From positions 186,001 through 250,000 of IMG/VR virus record IMGVR_UViG_3300022935_000005: 64,000 nucleotides of DNA. One strand, 5' to 3'. Below the pieces are notes generated by a model. The model saw only the letters and a list, made by a program, of their open reading frames with translations. It was not told the origin of the DNA and searched no databases. A program made the position numbers and the translations under genes. How positions within the stretch are numbered: position 1 is the first letter of the stretch; each line of letters opens with the position of its first letter. Positions 58,446 through 64,000 of the stretch are shown here, piece by piece.

Positions 58446-58595
58446 ATGAAAACAAAGAACCAGAAAAAGTTGTTTAAGACACGGAACTGGCTTGCTGTCA
58501 CCGCGCACTTTAAGACCGGTGCTGGTCATCATGGCGACAAGAACAAGTACAGCCGTAAGAAGAAGCATAAGAAATCACTAGCAGGAGATGAATAA
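58446..58595 (+). CDS. 49 aa basic protein, weakly ArfA-like
   Basis: Translated by hand: MKTKNQKKLFKTRNWLAVTAHFKTGAGHHGDKNKYSRKKKHKKSLAGDE. Confidence 0.45.
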   Translation: MKTKNQKKLFKTRNWLAVTAHFKTGAGHHGDKNKYSRKKKHKKSLAGDE

Positions 58596-59960
58596 ATGTA
58601 CGTTACTGAAATCATACGTATTGAGTCTTGTCGGTCCATTGGACCTATTTTTTTCTCTGGAGAACTTGCGTCATCGCAGTTTAGGGAAGTAAGTGATGCT
58701 CGAAAAGCCGCTAGAGACTGGTGCGAAAAGAATAGTGTTGATATGGATACGATCAAGATCGTCAGTAGCATCGTGGGGTGCTTATGATCGAACTGATACC
58801 TGTCGTAGCAATCACCGCTCTCGTTTACATCATAGCTCGTACTGTTAGTTACGCTGAAGCAAGTCACAAAGCTGCGCAAAAAGAAAAGCTGGAACAAGAG
58901 CGAAAAAAGCGAATCGCTGAGCTTTACGGAAGATAATCGTGCAAGCACAGGTCAAACTGTTGTATAATATAAATGTTGGTAAGGAGGTCAATTGGAAAAC
59001 TTGACGAACATTGAGAACTGGATTATCGTTGGAAAAGCAATGATTCAGATCACTTACAACTTTTGGCCCTGTGTTGCTCTGTTCATGGGGTATTGTGTGT
59101 ACGAAACTTTTTTTATGAAGGAAGAGCGATAATGAAGTACGAGACTTTGGTAAAGAAACTTAAGAAACGACTTGGTGAAGACATCGATATTCAAGTTGGT
59201 GAATACAAGGATTTCCTTGTCTACGGGGGTAGAGTCCTCTCTTGGCGGAAGGACATCGATGGTCAAGTCCGAGGGTTTCACACAAAAGGCGTCGGCCAGG
59301 AGTCTTGTCCACACACTGATTATTATCCGGGAACGTGGTGGGATAACGCAACACAGATGATCGACAGCGTCTGCCCACCACCTCCGAAGTTTGTTCCAGG
59401 ACAGTACGTCCGATTCAAAGACAACAAGCGAAATCAACGCGCAGGTCTAGTCGGTAAGTCAGACTTGGTGGTTGAAGCTAAAAGTAAGTATTCAGTCACT
59501 TTGATGAATATGTCTACTAGCACCCATCCAGTCTGGGGTCAGCAAACAATCGTTTTCAATGAAAGAGATCTAGAGCTAGTAAGCTAGAAGGGAAAATAAT
59601 GGCCTTCGCGGTTAAGAACAACAAGGGTGATATCGACAAACGGAAGACAAACACTCTTGCGAAACAACTAGAAAAGTCTTGCAAGAATATTAATAAGACA
59701 GTCTTGAAAGAGGTTACTACATTCAAGAAGATGGCCGAAGAGTTCGAGGTTGATGATTCTTTCTGGCGTGCGGCAGCTCACCGAGCGATGCTTACGCTAC
59801 ACAAAGACAATATGGATGTCTGGCTGTCTGCCGAGTTTGGTGATCTCTTTGGTAATGCAGATTTGCATAATCCAACCAACATTAACAGCTGGGTCGACAT
59901 CGAGAGGCTAGAAAGCGCTCGACAGAAATGGGAAGAAAAACAAAAGAAGAAGGAGAACAA

Positions 59961-60323
59961 ATGAAGAAGTATCACACGTATTTTTTTGATATCGATGGAA
60001 CGATTTTCGTATATCGAAAGTTTGAGACATACGGAGATTCGCCTGCGGTGCTGACCCCAGGAGCCCTTGAGAAGCTTCGAGAGATCAAGGATGCTGGTCA
60101 CACCATCATTCTTACTACAGCCCGGCCAGAAGAGCTCCGCGACCTTACAGTGGTAGAGTTGAGAGGTGCCGGAGTTCCTTACGACCAGCTGGTAATGGGA
60201 CTAGCTCGAGGGCCCCGCCATCTTGTGAATGATATGTCGCCGAATGAACCGGGTGAGAGGGCCACTGGCTGGAACCTAACCAGAGATGAAGGTCTTGAAA
60301 AAATTGAAGTTGTTAGAGTCTAA
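59961..60323 (+). CDS. small HAD-superfamily phosphatase
   Basis: FFDIDGTI, ILTTARP, YDQLVMGL..LVND. Confidence 0.75.
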   Translation: MKKYHTYFFDIDGTIFVYRKFETYGDSPAVLTPGALEKLREIKDAGHTIILTTARPEELRDLTVVELRGAGVPYDQLVMGLARGPRHLVNDMSPNEPGERATGWNLTRDEGLEKIEVVRV

Positions 60324-61282
60324 CTGCTGACCACGTAGCCGACTTCAACTAGAGCACCGCCACTGGGTATGACTGTGAAAAGCACAGTGTTAGTTGCGAC
60401 GTCGAACGTCCAATCAAGATATTCTGACCCGTCGACAAATACTCTTATTGTCTGTTCTATCGGAGTGTATGACAACGTGATGGATTCATAGGGTTCTATT
60501 TGATCGGTCGCCGCACTGACTCCGGGGGTCCAGTCTTCAGAACATATATCAACGATCGTACCGAACATCAGGTTAGTTGCATCCATGTATCGTACACCAA
60601 CGTCTGAGCTCCCTACGGGAACCTCACACACTGACTGGTCTTCTTCTTGCATAACAATGCTTGCAAGAAAAACGTTCCCGAACCGTCTAGAGGTATACCA
60701 CATCACAAACTCATTAGCTGTAGCGAATGTAGTGCTTTGATCATCTTCATCGCTAACGAAAACAACGAGAAGCGCAGCATCATGTCTCATCCAAGACGCA
60801 GCGTATGGATTATATTGCATATAGTGATATAACGCGTCAAAACCCTCTTCGTCAGCTCCCGTGCCCATCGCCGCGTACATGTCCTCTGCGTCAGTTATTG
60901 TATCACCCGGTACCAGAGGGAACTGCTGTTCCACCTCTGCTTCTTCCGGGTCTGTTGGTATCATTATCAACCGCCAACCAGTTGGGGGTAAAGATAGCAT
61001 CATTTGCTCAATGCCTACCAACAATCGATCTTGGAATTGCTGCATTGATCCGCTAGTATCAATAACCCATATGATATCGACACCATCGACAGCAGAAACC
61101 TGTACAAATGAATCAATCCAAATGTCTGCTTCCTCGATCGGTGTCTCGACTTCGACTGGCACTTCGACGACGACTTCGACTTCGACTGGTACTTCAACAA
61201 CTTTTTCGTATACTAGAGTCTGATCAGAGCCACAGCCGGCGAGCAGTGATATTGATAGGATGATGTGTGGGAAGAGCTTCAT
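60320..61282 (-). CDS. lipoprotein with vWA domain
   Basis: LLAGC lipobox; VDIIWVIDTSGSM (MIDAS), LVVFVSDEDD. Confidence 0.75.
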   Translation of the reverse strand: MKLFPHIILSISLLAGCGSDQTLVYEKVVEVPVEVEVVVEVPVEVETPIEEADIWIDSFVQVSAVDGVDIIWVIDTSGSMQQFQDRLLVGIEQMMLSLPPTGWRLIMIPTDPEEAEVEQQFPLVPGDTITDAEDMYAAMGTGADEEGFDALYHYMQYNPYAASWMRHDAALLVVFVSDEDDQSTTFATANEFVMWYTSRRFGNVFLASIVMQEEDQSVCEVPVGSSDVGVRYMDATNLMFGTIVDICSEDWTPGVSAATDQIEPYESITLSYTPIEQTIRVFVDGSEYLDWTFDVATNTVLFTVIPSGGALVEVGYVVSS

Positions 61283-61374
61283 TGTGGTCCCTTATTTGTA
61301 ACTATACAGAAGAGAGCTATTTGTGTTTACCTAACACTCAAAGGCGTATATTTATATCTGCAAGGAGTTTGACT

Positions 61375-61764
61375 ATGAAAATAACAGAAAGCAACATCAG
61401 AAAGATAATCAGAGAAGAGCTCTCCTCACTTATGGAGCAGGACGAGGCGAAGCCAAAGAAGCTCGATGATCTTGACTTTAAGTCTGATGACCGAATGGAG
61501 TATGAGAGATGGGCTCGTTCTGCTGGTCACGTTTCTCCTGAAGTCCAATCAACTCTAGTTTCGTATTTCTTAAACCAAAATCTACAGAATGCTCATGACT
61601 TGCACCAGAGGCTCTGTGACGAACTCGGTTTAGACCATGATGCAGTGATGGCGGCTATGGAAAACCGACTAGAAAAAGAAGAAGATCCAGCTGCAGAGGA
61701 ATCTGCTCGAGAGCTCGATCTAGCACGCGTCGCAGAAGCAGTATCTGCAATCTCTAAGCTGTAA
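61375..61764 (+). CDS. MKITK-leader acidic protein (isolated copy)
   Basis: MKITESNIRKIIREELSSLMEQ; ATG 61375 after AAGGAG and ATATTTA. Confidence 0.7.
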   Translation: MKITESNIRKIIREELSSLMEQDEAKPKKLDDLDFKSDDRMEYERWARSAGHVSPEVQSTLVSYFLNQNLQNAHDLHQRLCDELGLDHDAVMAAMENRLEKEEDPAAEESARELDLARVAEAVSAISKL

Positions 61765-62661
61765 CATCTCATCAGGTTCCTGAAGAAAGAATACTTATAG
61801 AGTAAGGAACTGGAGATAGCGATGAAAATTGAAGAGCTTGCGCCCGGAATGCTACTCAAGCCGATCCCGGGTTATGTCTGGGTAGAAATACCGTGGAAGG
61901 GCAGCTCTGGTAAAGTGGTCGGGTCGTACATCAAGGTTTGTACCGATAGGTATAACCCTGCTCCAGAAGAGATGGTTCGTTGCGAAAGAGTCTTGTACCT
62001 CGGAGATTCAAGCTTAACAGGTGTTATGCCCACTCCCGGTAAGCAGGTAGTCCTTGCATGGGGATCAAAAATGACGATCGATCCGACGAGCTGGCGTTTC
62101 ATCTGTCAAGTTACCTAAAATTGTACATTGATTGTACAGAAGCATATTTCCCTATAGAATAAATGGTGTACAGTATTACTCGGTGGGAAATATTACTCAG
62201 ATGAAGAATATAGACATTAAACTTAGCTCTGGTGAAGGCGCGATAGTGTTTCGCGGTGAAGGAGTGGAGTTCTATTATCCAGATGGCGGGCCCATCGATC
62301 TTCGAGAAACGTTTGAGTTTTTAACTTTCGCGCTTATGAAGCACGAGTGGTTAGCTGAGTGGTACGAGTATCTCGCATCTGCCGAAGCGCTTAGAGACCT
62401 TGCTGGTGAAAATGATAAGCCGCATCTTAGGTTGATAGTTGGAGGAAAATCAGACGATGAAATTGAGTCATAGCACACAGAGAGCTATCGTTCTTGCTAC
62501 TTTTGTAGCTGGACTTTTAGTTATACTATACCCATTCTTAGAAGGTGTCGTCCTCGCTCCTTCTTCACAAGAGTTTCTTGCAAAACCAACGCAAGCTCCT
62601 GAAGAAAACCCAGCCTTCACCCCATTATATCCTGAGGGCTCTGGAGAGAGGGTTCCAGCAA

Positions 62662-63174
62662 TTGGAAAACAGTAACATCAAGATTGCTTTTTATAAAGGG
62701 AGCCACGACAGTCGTCTTCATCAGTTCATAAAGTGGTACACGAAAAGCAAATACAGCCACGCTGAGTTGGTACTACCTGATGGGAAAACGTGGGTCAGTA
62801 TTAGTCCTTTCCTTTCATCTACGGTAGAGACCAGGATCGTCGATCATCCAAACCCAGAAAATTGGGACTACCTGACTCTTAAGTTACACTGGCGCGAGCC
62901 TGTGAGGAAATACCAGCTTGAACAATTAGGGAAGTTCATAGGAATGACCGAAGGTTCTGGGTATGACTGGGTTGGAATGATTCTTTCTCAGCTTTGTCCG
63001 TTTGTAATAAAGCACAAAAAGAAGTGGTATTGCTCAGAGTGGATTGCATATGCATTGGTACATTCTAGGATCGTGATGTGGGACGATATAAAGCTATATA
63101 GGACACCTGATCTTCACCCTGGAAAGCTGTATAACATCCTGAGTAGTATTGACGAAAATGCGATGTACAAATAG
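62662..63174 (+). CDS. permuted papain-like (NlpC/P60) amidase
   Basis: YSHAELV before YDW and WYCSEWIAYAL (His before Cys). Confidence 0.7.
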   Translation: MENSNIKIAFYKGSHDSRLHQFIKWYTKSKYSHAELVLPDGKTWVSISPFLSSTVETRIVDHPNPENWDYLTLKLHWREPVRKYQLEQLGKFIGMTEGSGYDWVGMILSQLCPFVIKHKKKWYCSEWIAYALVHSRIVMWDDIKLYRTPDLHPGKLYNILSSIDENAMYK

Positions 63175-63250
63175 ACAGCTTTTCTTATATTGACACATCA
63201 AATAATTTAGCGACTCAGGAACACGCTAACGAAGTCAAGGAGATGAAATA

Positions 63251-63688
63251 ATGAGTCAAGTTGTAGAGAATGGTAACACGATTGCCGTAAATTATGTTGG
63301 TACCCTCGAGGACGGTTCAGAGTTTGATAACTCATATGAGCGTGGAGAGCCGATCGGCTTTGAAGTCGGGGGAGCGCAGGTGATCAAAGGTTTCAGCAAT
63401 GCCGTCTTGGGTATGCAGGTCGGTGAGAAGAAATCTGTTACCATTGCACCTGAAGACGCCTACGGTGAACGTCAACTTGAGGCAGTACAAGTATTTCCTC
63501 GTGAAGCTTTTCCTGAAGATATGGAGCTAGCTCCAGGGATGCAAGTTACCGGGGCTGGACCCGAGGGGCAAGAGTTCCCTGCAATTGTTACAGCTATCGC
63601 ATTCAATGGTGTTATTCTTGATATGAACCACCCTCTTGCTGGTAGAACCTTAAACTTCGATATCGAAGTTGTAAGTATTGAGCAGTAA
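63251..63688 (+). CDS. FKBP-type peptidyl-prolyl isomerase (SlyD/SlpA-like)
   Basis: YVGTLEDGSEFDNS, VIKGF, APEDAYG, DMNHPLAGRTLNFDIEV. Confidence 0.92.
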   Translation: MSQVVENGNTIAVNYVGTLEDGSEFDNSYERGEPIGFEVGGAQVIKGFSNAVLGMQVGEKKSVTIAPEDAYGERQLEAVQVFPREAFPEDMELAPGMQVTGAGPEGQEFPAIVTAIAFNGVILDMNHPLAGRTLNFDIEVVSIEQ

Positions 63689-63777
63689 ACTTGTACAATC
63701 AGAAGTGCTCTGATAATATCTGATGGATTCACAGGTTGTGAACATCTTTATTGTTTAAAAAGAAAGGAGGAAAATCA

Positions 63778-64000
63778 ATGAAGAACATTATTTTGACGCT
63801 GCTCGCCGGAGTTGCTATCTATGGTTTTGGTGGATTCATGGTCGGTTGCGGTGATGGTGAAGATGAGACTGTAGAGACTGGAACTGAAGCAGAGACTGAT
63901 GCTGGAACTGAAGCAGAAGCAGAAGCAGAAGCTGGAACTGAAGCAGAAGCTGGAACTGAAGCAGAAGCTGGAACTGAAGCAGAAGCTGGAACTGAAGCAG
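63778..64000 (+). CDS. predicted lipoprotein with AGTEAE repeats (runs off window)
   Basis: MKNIILTLLAGVAIYGFGGFMVGC; AGGAGG RBS. Confidence 0.65.
   Translation, partial: MKNIILTLLAGVAIYGFGGFMVGCGDGEDETVETGTEAETDAGTEAEAEAEAGTEAEAGTEAEAGTEAEAGTEA
63877..64000 (+). repeat. 18-nt coding tandem repeat GCTGGAACTGAAGCAGAA
   Basis: At least five units visible, truncated by the window end. Confidence 0.9.

Noticed and set aside
1-64000. Stop-codon reassignment
   Set aside because: Recognisable genes are full length in the standard code and end in TAA, TAG and TGA; no suppressor tRNA seen.
1-64000. Bacterial chromosome origin suggested by ftsZ-like, clpP, pckA, guaB, tilS
   Set aside because: These genes are isolated among short unknown ORFs with no cellular operon context, next to a tail-fibre-like gene. 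A phage origin fits better, though hallmark capsid genes are outside the window.

Overview
This window is best read as part of a very large (jumbo/huge) bacteriophage genome. It has dense, mostly plus-strand short ORFs, a stand-alone tubulin/FtsZ-family (PhuZ-like) gene, a tmRNA and ten tRNA genes, three of which are split by group I introns. It also carries host-like auxiliary genes (def, clpP, cysK, tilS, TrmH, MgtC, pckA, tdk, IMPDH, DnaJ, FKBP). No rRNA, ribosomal protein operon, CRISPR array or RT/transposase was seen, and no capsid, terminase or head protease gene lies in the window, so the phage call is an inference. Most striking signal: about 25 otherwise unrelated proteins share one of two short amphipathic leaders ending in L/I-x-E (MxLLREYIRELLxE and MKITKxQLRRIIKEE..LxE). 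These genes sit mainly in two translationally coupled arrays (13.4-19.6 kb, 52.3-56.7 kb), and the motif also recurs inside and at the end of multidomain proteins. I interpret it as a candidate capsid-targeting/protease-cleavage tag that loads a library of enzymes (GNAT-like, ART/Tpt1-like, HAD, HExxH, P-loop kinase, ppGpp hydrolase, Ntn hydrolase) into the virion. Several of these transcription units are preceded by ATA(T/C)TTA, a candidate late promoter. Other highlights: group I introns in tRNA-Arg(UCU), tRNA-Leu(UAA) and tRNA-Lys(UUU); a Zorya-like ZorB-ZorA motor pair without effectors; a one-piece tmRNA with a GGCAGUA T-loop; and unannotated structured RNAs in the tRNA operons. All family calls are from motif recognition by eye; no database search was run.
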